Of a DNA stretch of 64,000 nucleotides, positions 10,421 through 19,702 are shown one piece after another. The notes beneath the pieces are model-generated. The model saw only the letters and a list, made by a program, of their open reading frames with translations. It ran no database searches and was not told the origin of the DNA. The stretch lies in the NCBI GenBank assembly GCA_012719355.1, contig JAAYAM010000161.1:41048-105047 (forward strand), written 5' to 3'. How positions within the stretch are numbered: the stretch's first letter is position 1; each line of letters starts with the position of its first letter. The position numbers and the translations under genes were made by a program. Origin of the DNA: Acidobacteriota bacterium. Its GTDB lineage: Bacteria > Acidobacteriota > UBA6911.

Positions 10421-12805
10421 TCATGGCTCCTGCAACTCCTTGATACGGCTTTCGAGTACCTCTCGTTCGGAAACGGGAAGCCGCCCGCTGCTCAGAATGC
10501 CTTGATACAACGCCCGGGCCTCATCGGTCTTTCCTTGTTTGAGATAGGTCTCACCGAGCAGGAGTATCGCATCAAGATGGAAGCTCTTCTCTCGCGCCAG
10601 CCGCTGTAATATAGCTATCGACTCAGCACTGTCACCGCTCTGAAGAAGGTAGAACGCCAGCGAGTAGCGGTACTGCGAATTGTCCGGCTGAATTGTGCAG
10701 GCACGTCGCAGGTATTCGATCGCTGAAGCCATCTTACCCGACTGTGCATTCACCACACCCAGATTGTAGGCCGCTACGGCGGATCCCGGGTCAAGCTCTG
10801 CGGCTTTCTGCAAATGCGCGGCGGCTTCTTTCAAATTACCCATTTCTCCAAGCAGCAACCCGAGATTCAGGTTCGCCTCAACACTGTCAGGCTGTAATTC
10901 ACTCGCTCTGCGCAGGCTGTGAACGGCTTTGTCGTTCATGCCGAGTCCGTTGTAGGCGAACGAGATATTGACATGAGGCTGAAGCGCCCGCGGTTGCAGC
11001 CGTATAGCGGTCTCATAAAACGATACGGCCTGCCGGTAGTCACCCTGCGAGAGATAGAAGCTTCCCAAGTTGTAATAGGAGGACCAGTGGTCCGGACGAG
11101 CCTGGAGGAGCGACTTGAATTCCTCTGCCGCCTTGTCAAAGGCCCCGGCAATGCCGGCTTCCAGCACGTTCCGTGGAACTGACGCCATTGCGGAAGCGGC
11201 GCGCACCCGCACAACCCGCAATGGGTCGCTGAGCGCAGCACTCAGCACAATCAGGGCGGCACCGTCAATGCGGTCTCCCAGGGCTTCAGCGGCACTGGCG
11301 CGAACCAGGGGCGAAGGATCTTTCATTGCGCGTATCAGGACAGGCCATTTCCGGTCGTCATTGCAGGGCCGGAGCAAGCGTATCAGCGATGCGCTGAAAA
11401 CCGCGTCACGCCCTTCACTCTCCACGTACTCGAGCATGGCCGGCAGCTTCTTCCAGTCACGTCTTCGTGCAGCATCGATGAGAGAGGCGCGAAGAAGAAC
11501 CGGCGCCTGGTAGTCCCTCTTCCGCCATTTGCGGACCCACCCATCCGACCACCTGGCGTCCCTGTCGGTATGACAGATGTTGCAGGCATTCGGCGACTTG
11601 TAGGCTGCGGTTACCGCAGGAGTCGGCGGCAGCATCGAATGATCGCTGCGGCGCATCCGGGCGAATTCGGTCATCGGCATATGGCAGGAAATACACTGGC
11701 TCCCAGGACTCCCTTCGGGATGGTGCGAATGAGCTGAGGCATTTCCCACTTTGTCGTTATGACACGGAAGGCAGGCGTCGTTCTTCCGGGCGTCAGCAAA
11801 TCGAAACCTTCCGCTTGACGTGTGGCAATGCATGCAATCCATCTGTCCCGATTTCGCACAGGGACTCATCAACCACTGTGTGTATGTGTAGTTTTCACCA
11901 AGGTCGCGACCGTCGGGGTGATAATCCGGCAGATCAAGAACACCCAGATCGAAATGGTCAAAGAAATCATCTCCGGGTTTGTAGGAAGCAGTCAGAGGAG
12001 TTGCCTTGGCATGACATGTAGCGCAGGCGTCGCCCCCAATTTTCGTGCTGTACTTGGGCGGGCCGATTATGTCAATCTTCAAATCTTCGGGAGTGTTCCC
12101 CTTCCCGGCCTTGCGGCAGACACGGACGTGTTCAGTCGCAGATCCATGACAGGTTTCGCAGTTGATGCCCGGTTCAAGCCAGACGGAACTGTAGGTATCT
12201 GTTGCCTGATCGTAGTTTCTCGTGAACTGGCTGACGTGGCACCCGTAACATGATGTGTTGAACGTATACTCCGGATCTTTCCACCCTACCGGCTCTTCCT
12301 CTATGTCCTGAAAATGCCGGATTCCGCTGGCCGCCGTATCAAACCAGGATTTCTTCCGGACATCATACGCCAGGGGAAGAACCTGCAGACGCCCGCGATC
12401 CATTGACGTGAGGAAATAATAGACGTTCTTTCCTCCGAGGGCGTGCGCCAGAGGATATTCTTTCTTTCCTCGAGGGCCGCTCTCGCTGATCCAGGCGCGT
12501 GTGCCATCGAATTCCACCCGGCACGTGGAATCTCCAACAACCAGATCTTCGGTCTGCGGCGTAAGCCTGGTGCGAAACAATTCAGCCGTGAAGGGCTGCA
12601 TTGCCAGCCCATGATACGAAGTGGCCCAAAGCTGGTAAAACTCTTCGTGGCATTCGCGGCAGGACTGCGTCCCTGAATAGCCGTCAGAGGCGGCCGAATC
12701 ACCAGCCGTACCCCGAATCACCGACTGCAAGCTTTGATAGAAGATCGCCGCCGCGCAAAGCAGGACGACCGCCAAAAGTATGATGATCCATCTTGTCTTC
12801 TTCAT
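10421..12805 (-). CDS. membrane-anchored octaheme cytochrome c fused to HEAT and TPR repeats
   Basis: N-terminal TM helix; eight CxxCH motifs (CRECH, CYGCH, CETCH, CATCH, CMHCH, CLPCH, CISCH, CNICH); C-terminal HEAT-like (PLVRASAAEALG) and multiple TPR repeats; ATG with GAGG RBS. Confidence 0.85.
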   Translation of the reverse strand: MKKTRWIIILLAVVLLCAAAIFYQSLQSVIRGTAGDSAASDGYSGTQSCRECHEEFYQLWATSYHGLAMQPFTAELFRTRLTPQTEDLVVGDSTCRVEFDGTRAWISESGPRGKKEYPLAHALGGKNVYYFLTSMDRGRLQVLPLAYDVRKKSWFDTAASGIRHFQDIEEEPVGWKDPEYTFNTSCYGCHVSQFTRNYDQATDTYSSVWLEPGINCETCHGSATEHVRVCRKAGKGNTPEDLKIDIIGPPKYSTKIGGDACATCHAKATPLTASYKPGDDFFDHFDLGVLDLPDYHPDGRDLGENYTYTQWLMSPCAKSGQMDCMHCHTSSGRFRFADARKNDACLPCHNDKVGNASAHSHHPEGSPGSQCISCHMPMTEFARMRRSDHSMLPPTPAVTAAYKSPNACNICHTDRDARWSDGWVRKWRKRDYQAPVLLRASLIDAARRRDWKKLPAMLEYVESEGRDAVFSASLIRLLRPCNDDRKWPVLIRAMKDPSPLVRASAAEALGDRIDGAALIVLSAALSDPLRVVRVRAASAMASVPRNVLEAGIAGAFDKAAEEFKSLLQARPDHWSSYYNLGSFYLSQGDYRQAVSFYETAIRLQPRALQPHVNISFAYNGLGMNDKAVHSLRRASELQPDSVEANLNLGLLLGEMGNLKEAAAHLQKAAELDPGSAVAAYNLGVVNAQSGKMASAIEYLRRACTIQPDNSQYRYSLAFYLLQSGDSAESIAILQRLAREKSFHLDAILLLGETYLKQGKTDEARALYQGILSSGRLPVSEREVLESRIKELQEP

Positions 12806-12925
12806 TTCAGCCTCGTTCAAAGCATGCAGTTCGTTTTCCAGCCGGAGGTGAATATAACCGATTTAGCTTGCGGACCAAAGAAGTAAGTGTCATAAAAGGA
12901 AGACACCAATGAAAAGGAGGAGTGA

Positions 12926-14548
12926 ATGCAGTCAATGAGAAGAACGATTCTCACGGCAGCCGCGGTTTTCCTCTTTGTGAGTTTTGCCGCAGCAGGAGAA
13001 GAAGATAACAGCGGTGCATCCCGTGGGCCCAATATCCTGCTGGTTATTGCCGACGATATCGGGATTGATGCGACTACCAACATCTATCCGGGAATGATTG
13101 ACGATCTTGTGACGAAATACGGACCTTCCGGGCACAACCACCCCGGCTATCGCGAAATTGCGGGTAAGCCGGCTTCCACGCCTGCCATGGATAAGCTCGC
13201 CAGATTGGGGATGAGATTCACAAATGTCTGGGCGCATCCATTCTGCTCGCCGACGCGGGCAGCCATCTTGACCGGGCTCTATGCAGCCGAAACGAAGGTA
13301 GCCACCTATGCGGACGCACTCTCCCCGAAACACACAAGCTTCGTCCGGTTGTTGAAGGACAAAGGTTACAGTACAGCAGCATTCGGCAAATGGCACATGG
13401 CCGGGTTGCCGGGCAAACCTGTCGATTACCCCGGTATGAAGCCGAAACAGGCCGGATTCGATCTCTTCAAAGGAAATCTCCACGCCGCAATCAACTCATA
13501 CTGGGACTACGACTATCAGGTGCAGGACGCAAACACTCCGGAAGACAAATGGCGCAGCGAGCCGATGCCTAAGAAATCACTTCCCGGTATTGCTGCGACA
13601 CATTACGCTCCGGTAGTCAAAGTCGCCGACACCATAGAATGGATTAAAGCCAGGCAGGTGGAAAACCCGAATAAGCCATGGTTTGCATGGCTGGCATTCA
13701 ACCTGTCGCACACCACGATCAGGCAGAAGCCGAGTGCGATGGCCGTGCCGGATGCCGACACACTCGACGCCGCGAGTCACAAGGAGATGAAGGAATGCGG
13801 AGGCACGTTCGGATCGAATAACCCGGGCTCGTGCAGCGGCGAGGCACTCAACCGCGCCATGACCAATTCACTCGACACCGTTTTCGGTAAGCTGATGGAG
13901 GTGATCGACGGCATTCCCAACACCTACGTCATTGTTGTCAGCGACAACGGCACTCCCATGTACGGCAGGCCCAATCTCAACTTCATCGATAACATGTACA
14001 TCACCAGGAAGGACCGCGGAAAGGGGACTGCCTATCAAAGCGGCGCCCTGGTGCCGATGATCATTCGAGGGCCGCGGATAGCAGCCAACAGCGTAAGCAC
14101 TGAATACGCCCACGCAGCTGACCTGTTCTCCACCATTCTGGAACTGGCGGGACTCGCTGCACCGAAGCAGGTGGCCAATAGTGAAGGAACGAAAACGGTT
14201 CCCCTTTCCACAGTGTCGCTGGCACCGATTCTTTTTGACAAAGCGAAAAGCGTACGCGACCCGAACAGCGGCTACATATTCACGGAAACCAAGAACCTGA
14301 TGACGGGCGGCACTCGTATGGTCGGAGCCCGGAATGCAACCTACAAGGTCATCTGTACCGACAGCGCGGCCAACTGTCAGTTCTTTGATCTGATCAACGA
14401 TCCGCTGGAAGAGTATCCGCTCGCCAAACCAGACAGCTGCGATGGATATGCTGACGGAAAGTGGACGCCTTCAGATCCGCATTGGCACTATTGCCGGTTA
14501 ACGGATGCCGTTGCGAAGGAGTCTTTCCTCGCGACTGATACAAAATAG
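12926..14548 (+). CDS. sulfatase (arylsulfatase family)
   Basis: Signal peptide; sulfatase signature CSPTRAAILTG (formylglycine motif C-x-P-x-R); AAGGAGG RBS. Confidence 0.9.
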   Translation: MQSMRRTILTAAAVFLFVSFAAAGEEDNSGASRGPNILLVIADDIGIDATTNIYPGMIDDLVTKYGPSGHNHPGYREIAGKPASTPAMDKLARLGMRFTNVWAHPFCSPTRAAILTGLYAAETKVATYADALSPKHTSFVRLLKDKGYSTAAFGKWHMAGLPGKPVDYPGMKPKQAGFDLFKGNLHAAINSYWDYDYQVQDANTPEDKWRSEPMPKKSLPGIAATHYAPVVKVADTIEWIKARQVENPNKPWFAWLAFNLSHTTIRQKPSAMAVPDADTLDAASHKEMKECGGTFGSNNPGSCSGEALNRAMTNSLDTVFGKLMEVIDGIPNTYVIVVSDNGTPMYGRPNLNFIDNMYITRKDRGKGTAYQSGALVPMIIRGPRIAANSVSTEYAHAADLFSTILELAGLAAPKQVANSEGTKTVPLSTVSLAPILFDKAKSVRDPNSGYIFTETKNLMTGGTRMVGARNATYKVICTDSAANCQFFDLINDPLEEYPLAKPDSCDGYADGKWTPSDPHWHYCRLTDAVAKESFLATDTK

Positions 14549-14606
14549 TATATTTGTTCTGCAAAATCGGGAGGGAATGGAGAACCCACTGCACCTCCTG
14601 GAATCT

Positions 14607-14635
14607 GAGCTGCCGGCAGAAACGTCCGGCAGCTC
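14607..14635. promoter_or_regulatory. 10-bp perfect inverted repeat (GAGCTGCCGG-9nt-CCGGCAGCTC) downstream of the sulfatase gene
   Basis: Read directly in the sequence; no U-tract, so it could be a terminator-like or regulatory hairpin. Confidence 0.3.
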
Positions 14636-14762
14636 AAAGGCGGTTTACACACGACCTCGACCGCGCTACTATTTCCATCTCTCTTGAGATCAGAAAGGAT
14701 GTATCTGTGACTGCTGCGATGCGCTTGCGCTAACCGACAACCCGACACCGTCTCACTCGTCA

Positions 14763-14781
14763 ACACCCTGGCCTGCAGGGT
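14763..14781. promoter_or_regulatory. perfect palindrome CACCCTG-gcctg-CAGGGTG about 40 nt upstream of the MFS transporter start; candidate operator
   Basis: Read directly in the sequence. Confidence 0.3.
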
Positions 14782-14820
14782 GTGCTGTCTGTTATCGCCT
14801 GCATATCGAAGGAGTACACG

Positions 14821-16071
14821 ATGCATTCCGATGTTTCCGCCATTTCCCGCACCGCAAGCCCGCGTTGGCAACGCGCCTTTTATCCGATCTGGACAGGACA
14901 GCTCTTCTCACTGCTGGGGAGTGCAGTCGCTCAGTTCGCCCTGATCTGGTGGCTGACCATCGAATCAGGTTCGGCCGTCGTCCTTACAATTGCCTCACTT
15001 GTGGGCTTCATGCCGCAAGCACTGCTCGGCCCGGTGGTTGGGGTATGGGTAGACAGGTGGAGTCGCAAAGCCTGCATGATCGGCGCCGACTTGTCCATAG
15101 CACTGGCGTCGCTAGCGCTCGCCGGGGTCTTTGCCTTCGGTGATCCCTCGCAATGGATGGTCTTTCTCGTTCTGGCGGTGCGGTCCGTCGGCTCGGCATT
15201 CCACGTTCCGGCGTTTCAAGCTTCAATCCCGCTGATTGTCCCGCAAGAGGCCCTTACCCGGGTAGCTGGACTCAACCAGGCGATCTCCTCGGCTGGAAAC
15301 ATTGCCGGACCTATGCTGGCCGGGCTGCTGATCGCAAGGTTTCCGATGCAGGGGGTGCTGCTGGCTGACGTCTCGGGCGCCGCCATAGCGTGCGGCATGC
15401 TGGCACTAGTTTACATTCCCAGACCTTCGGCGTGCTCACACGGTAAAGTTCGGCCGGGCATGCTGCGCGAGATGGCAGCCGGCTTAAGGGAACTCTCGCA
15501 CTCACGCGGTCTGCTCCTGCTGTTGATCGCCCTTTCAATGGCTACCGTGATCTACATGCCGGTGGGCGCGTTGTTTCCATTGTTGGTGTTCGAACATTTT
15601 GAAGGTACCGCCACTCATGCAAGCTTCGCCGAGGCCGCTTTCGGCGCCGGGTTACTGGCAGGCTCGATTGCGCTCAGCGTTTGGGGCGGCTTCACGAGAA
15701 AAGTCTACACCATTGTCCTGAGTCTCGGGCTGATGAGCACTGCCCTGATAGCAATTGGCATGTTGCCGGGGAGCCGCTTCGACAGTTTTCTCGTCTTTGC
15801 AGCCGTGATCGGCGTGTCGGGTCCATTGTTCAGCGGACCCTTCACGGTGCTGCTGCAGATCATGGTTGCACCCGCAGCACAAGGACGAGTCTTTTCCATG
15901 GTCACAAGCATGATGCTCCTCGCCTCCCCGGTCGGCCTGATCATTGCAGGACCGGGAGCTGAACGGATCGGCGTTCCCGGGTGGTATTTCCTGTCAGGGA
16001 TCCTGGTATTCTGCGTTGGGGTTATCTGCTGCGTGGTGAAACCGATTCGGCATCTGGAGAGGGCCGGCTGA
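14821..16071 (+). CDS. MFS transporter
   Basis: 12-TM MFS architecture (EntS/MFS_1-like); ATG with AAGGAG RBS. Confidence 0.85.
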   Translation: MHSDVSAISRTASPRWQRAFYPIWTGQLFSLLGSAVAQFALIWWLTIESGSAVVLTIASLVGFMPQALLGPVVGVWVDRWSRKACMIGADLSIALASLALAGVFAFGDPSQWMVFLVLAVRSVGSAFHVPAFQASIPLIVPQEALTRVAGLNQAISSAGNIAGPMLAGLLIARFPMQGVLLADVSGAAIACGMLALVYIPRPSACSHGKVRPGMLREMAAGLRELSHSRGLLLLLIALSMATVIYMPVGALFPLLVFEHFEGTATHASFAEAAFGAGLLAGSIALSVWGGFTRKVYTIVLSLGLMSTALIAIGMLPGSRFDSFLVFAAVIGVSGPLFSGPFTVLLQIMVAPAAQGRVFSMVTSMMLLASPVGLIIAGPGAERIGVPGWYFLSGILVFCVGVICCVVKPIRHLERAG

Positions 16072-16104
16072 ACTGTTTCGAGCCAAGGGAACGGTGCGGG
16101 GGAA

Positions 16105-18387
16105 TTACTTCGCAACGACGACAGAGTCGCCACCCGCACTCTTGGCCCGGCTGAGGGCTGCCTCAGCCGAACGGAGGAGGTTTTCGACAGTCTGGCCGTG
16201 CCCGGGGAAGACAGCAAGACCGAATGATCCTGTGATATGCCCGACTTGTGTGCTCTGGTATTTCACTTCAAGTGTCCGGACCAACCCGCAGAGTGTTTCA
16301 GCACGCTTTCGCCCGATGTCGAGATCGCTTTGCGGAAGGATCACAACGTAAGTCTGGCCGGTGTAGCGGCACGCGATGTCACCCTTGCGGACATTGGCCT
16401 GAAGCAGCATCCCGGTCCTGCGCAGTATCGAATCGCCGACCTCGACTCCGTAATTCTCATTGATAGTCTGGAAACCATCGAGCTCCAGCATGATCACACT
16501 CAGCTGCTGCTGGCTCCGAACTGCCCGGCGCAGCTCCAGCTCGAGCGATTCTTCCATGAAGCTCCGGTTGAAGAGTCCCGTCAGCTGGTCGCGGATGGAC
16601 TGGGTGCGCAGTCTCTCGTGCAGCCGCAGGTTCGACAGCGCCATTGCGACATGCTCGGCCATGGCGGTAGCCAGCCGCTGTTTGGCTTCAGGCATCTTCA
16701 CATCATCGGGTTGAGTGAGGTGCAGCACCCCTACCGCCTCTCCTTGGGCCATCATCGGGACACACAGGTAACCATGCGGATATGGAGTATGGACGTGCTT
16801 GCAGACGAGACCCAGGCTGCAGTCTTCCACCCAGTGCACTCTCCCCCTGCGCAGCCCCCAGCATTCGTCCGGAGTGAATGTCGATTCGGCAACGGAACTG
16901 ATTCCCCACTGCGCGACGGACTCGACGATGTTGCGTGCAGGGCCGAGTACAAACAGCGCCCCGCCGTGCCGCGGAAACAGCTCCTGTGAGACCCGCACAA
17001 TCACTTCATAAACTTCTTCGGTCGTCAGGCACGCACGCAGGATGTCTCCCATCTCGCTCAGCAGCGTCAGTTCCCGCGTCCTCTGTTCCAGTTCGTTAAC
17101 CCATTCCTCGAGTGCCCGGTTCTCCTTCTGCAGAGCGTCTTCGGTTCTCTTACGCTCGGTGATGTCCCGCGCGGCGACATGAATTCCAACCGCTCTTCCC
17201 TGTCTGAAGATAAGGCGGCAGCTCGCTTCCACTACGGTCCGGCTTTCGTCCTTTGAGAGGAGCTCGATTTCGTAAACAACCGGAGTCTCACCGGCGATCT
17301 GACGTTGGATCATGCGCCGGGCATTCTGTCGGGATTCGGGAGCAACGAGGTCGCTGAAGAGCATCTGGAGAGCTTCAGCACGCGTGCGCCCTGTTATCCG
17401 TTCAGCCGCCTTGTTGAACGAGGTGATCTTCTCGTACAGATCAAGCGTGCACACCATGTCGCAGGAATTCTCAAACAACTCGCGGTAGCGTTCTTCATCG
17501 AGGCGTTTCTCTTCATCCTTTCCGGCAACGGTAACATCCCGGATAATGACAAACCCCCCGATTCCTCCCTCACCAATGGCGCGTGTGAGTGGACCGTAGT
17601 AAGCGTCGACCCTTACTTCCCGCGTTGTTCCTGCCGCTGAAAAACGTCTGCCCCTCGATACCCGCCTTTCACCGGCCAGCGCCGCAGCCAGATTCGTCTC
17701 TTCCGCCGGATCTTTCAGAAACGGAAATACGTCCTGCGCGGGCTTCGCGACCGCTTCCTCCCTGCTGACTCCGGAAAGCTGCTCCATCGCCGCATTCCAA
17801 AGAGTGATCAGGCCGGCCCGGTCGAAGGCCATGATGCCATCGTCACTGCTGTTGATGAGCGATTCCAGGAGACGTTTCTCGCTTCTCAAGGCGATTTCGG
17901 CGTTCTTCTGCTCGCTGATTCCCTCCATGAAAAGGCAACACAGCGGTGCACCGTCGGGTCCCTCGATCGAATAAATGGTGACGCGGGCCCAGGATGATTC
18001 CTGGTTTCGTTTTACGAACCGGCTTTCCAGCGTGGCAACCTGCGCCGCTCCGCCGAGCACTTCTGAAATGAGCTGCGTGCAGCGCTCCGCATCTCCTGCG
18101 ATGTCTCCGATGCTCAGACCCGGCACCGCATCTTGCGGATAGTCCAACATGGATAAGAAAGCACGGTTAGCTTTGACAATGCGGAGTTGACCGTCGGCCA
18201 GGGCAACGCCGAAAGGCCCGCGTTCGAAGACTTCGGTCGGCAAAGATGATTCGCCCGTCCCGCCGGGCAACGCCGCGGGGCGAGTCTCTTCCGCCTGATG
18301 CCTGATGAGATTCAGCAGATGCGATATCTCAAGGCGCAGCGATTCCAGTTCGTCGGCAAGGTCCTTCTCGCGCTTCTCTTCGTTCAT
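16105..18387 (-). CDS. PAS/GAF sensor with degenerate GGDEF domain
   Basis: Coiled coil, about 3 PAS domains, a GAF domain and a C-terminal GGDEF fold (RDQLTGLFNR...) in which the active-site GG(D/E)EF is replaced by TGQTY. Confidence 0.85.
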   Translation of the reverse strand: MNEEKREKDLADELESLRLEISHLLNLIRHQAEETRPAALPGGTGESSLPTEVFERGPFGVALADGQLRIVKANRAFLSMLDYPQDAVPGLSIGDIAGDAERCTQLISEVLGGAAQVATLESRFVKRNQESSWARVTIYSIEGPDGAPLCCLFMEGISEQKNAEIALRSEKRLLESLINSSDDGIMAFDRAGLITLWNAAMEQLSGVSREEAVAKPAQDVFPFLKDPAEETNLAAALAGERRVSRGRRFSAAGTTREVRVDAYYGPLTRAIGEGGIGGFVIIRDVTVAGKDEEKRLDEERYRELFENSCDMVCTLDLYEKITSFNKAAERITGRTRAEALQMLFSDLVAPESRQNARRMIQRQIAGETPVVYEIELLSKDESRTVVEASCRLIFRQGRAVGIHVAARDITERKRTEDALQKENRALEEWVNELEQRTRELTLLSEMGDILRACLTTEEVYEVIVRVSQELFPRHGGALFVLGPARNIVESVAQWGISSVAESTFTPDECWGLRRGRVHWVEDCSLGLVCKHVHTPYPHGYLCVPMMAQGEAVGVLHLTQPDDVKMPEAKQRLATAMAEHVAMALSNLRLHERLRTQSIRDQLTGLFNRSFMEESLELELRRAVRSQQQLSVIMLELDGFQTINENYGVEVGDSILRRTGMLLQANVRKGDIACRYTGQTYVVILPQSDLDIGRKRAETLCGLVRTLEVKYQSTQVGHITGSFGLAVFPGHGQTVENLLRSAEAALSRAKSAGGDSVVVAK

Positions 18388-18592
18388 AGTCTCGCCCGGA
18401 CGCCATGCGGCCTGCCAGGCAGCAGTCGATTTCATTGCATAACAGGATTTTAGCTACAGTCGCCCACGCTCTGGTTTATCGTAACAACGGCACGGAAGCT
18501 TTAGTCAATTCCACCGCTAACGCCCTGTAGTGAAGAAGGTTATCAGATTTTCCAGTCGTGTATGTTATTTTAGTCACGGCTACCGCGCTTCA

Positions 18593-18611
18593 TACCCCCT
18601 GCAAGGGGGTA
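18593..18611 (+). promoter_or_regulatory. GC-rich hairpin TACCCCCT-gca-AGGGGGTA in the 5' region of the radical SAM gene
   Basis: 8-bp perfect stem with 3-nt loop, about 40 nt upstream of the ATG at 18651. Confidence 0.3.
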
Positions 18612-18650
18612 CGAAGTGGAACGCAATCGTATTACGCATGGAGAAGAGCA

Positions 18651-19523
18651 ATGAAGTACGAAGGGATGATCTACCGCCCGCCAAGCGAAGCAGACAGCCT
18701 TATACTGCAGGTGGCAGTAGGGTGTTCATACAACGGCTGCACCTTCTGTCATTCCTTCCAGGGCAAGACCTTTCGCATCAAGTCTTTTGAGGAAATTAAA
18801 GAGGATATCGATGAGGCAGCCACGTACGGAACCATCCGGCGGGTTTTCTTGGCTGACGGAGATGCGCTGATCATTCCCCAGACTGAACTGGTCCGGATCC
18901 TCGCCTATTTGAAGGAAAAAATCAGAGGACTCGAGCGCGTCGGTATTTATGCCAACGCCGTTGACGTTCTTAAGAAGAGCACCGAAGAGCTTTTCGAACT
19001 CAGGCGACTCGGCTTGGGCATCATTTATCTAGGCCTCGAATCCGGGAACGCAGAGGTTCTCAAGCGGATCAGGAAGAACGCTACAGTGGACCAGATGATA
19101 CGGGCGGGGAAGCGGGTGAAAGAGGCCGGGATACTGCTCTCGATCACGGTGTTGCTCGGCGTCGGCGGCGTGGAGCTGAGCCATGCGCATGCCGAAGATA
19201 CAGGCAGAGTACTTTCCGGAATGGATCCGGAGTTCGTCGGTGCCCTGTCGCTCATGATCGTCCCGGGAACCCCGATACACGAAGAAATGCAGTCGGGAAA
19301 GCTCGTACTTCCGACGCCGTTCGAACTGATCCGCGAGCTGGGAACCATGATTGCGAACTGCCGCTTTACCAACTGCTTCTTCGCGTCAAACCACGCATCG
19401 AATTATTTGCCACTGCGGATCAGGATGCCTGCGGAGAAAGAGCAGGCGCTACAGCTGATTCACCAGGTTCTGCAGCGAAAAGACCCTGAATTGCTTCGCC
19501 CCGAGTATATGCGGGCACTGTAG
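18651..19523 (+). CDS. radical SAM domain protein (non-canonical Cx4Cx2C cluster motif)
   Basis: VGCSYNGCTFC motif near the N-terminus, glycine-rich SAM-binding segments (GIIYLGLESGN), GGAGAAGAG RBS; no SPASM domain. Confidence 0.8.
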   Translation: MKYEGMIYRPPSEADSLILQVAVGCSYNGCTFCHSFQGKTFRIKSFEEIKEDIDEAATYGTIRRVFLADGDALIIPQTELVRILAYLKEKIRGLERVGIYANAVDVLKKSTEELFELRRLGLGIIYLGLESGNAEVLKRIRKNATVDQMIRAGKRVKEAGILLSITVLLGVGGVELSHAHAEDTGRVLSGMDPEFVGALSLMIVPGTPIHEEMQSGKLVLPTPFELIRELGTMIANCRFTNCFFASNHASNYLPLRIRMPAEKEQALQLIHQVLQRKDPELLRPEYMRAL

Positions 19524-19702
19524 GACAGCCGGACGGCGATGGTAGTCTGTAGCCGTTTTCAGAATGGCTCCAGATGCAGGCAAACAACAATTTAGCTCCT
19601 CCCTCCGACTTCAATTCACCATTCGGTAAGGCTGCCCTCGATGGTATACTCCTGAAGGAACCGCGGTTCCGTTTCCGGCATAAGGAAGGTAGAGACAGTC
19701 TC

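Noticed and set aside
16237-16989. 250-aa ORF antisense to the GGDEF sensor gene
   Set aside because: Shadow ORF with no motif; the opposite strand encodes a clearly homologous sensor protein.
18530-18790. 86-aa ORF overlapping the radical SAM start (candidate RiPP precursor)
   Set aside because: It overlaps the better-supported radical SAM start and RBS, and has no leader or core-peptide features.
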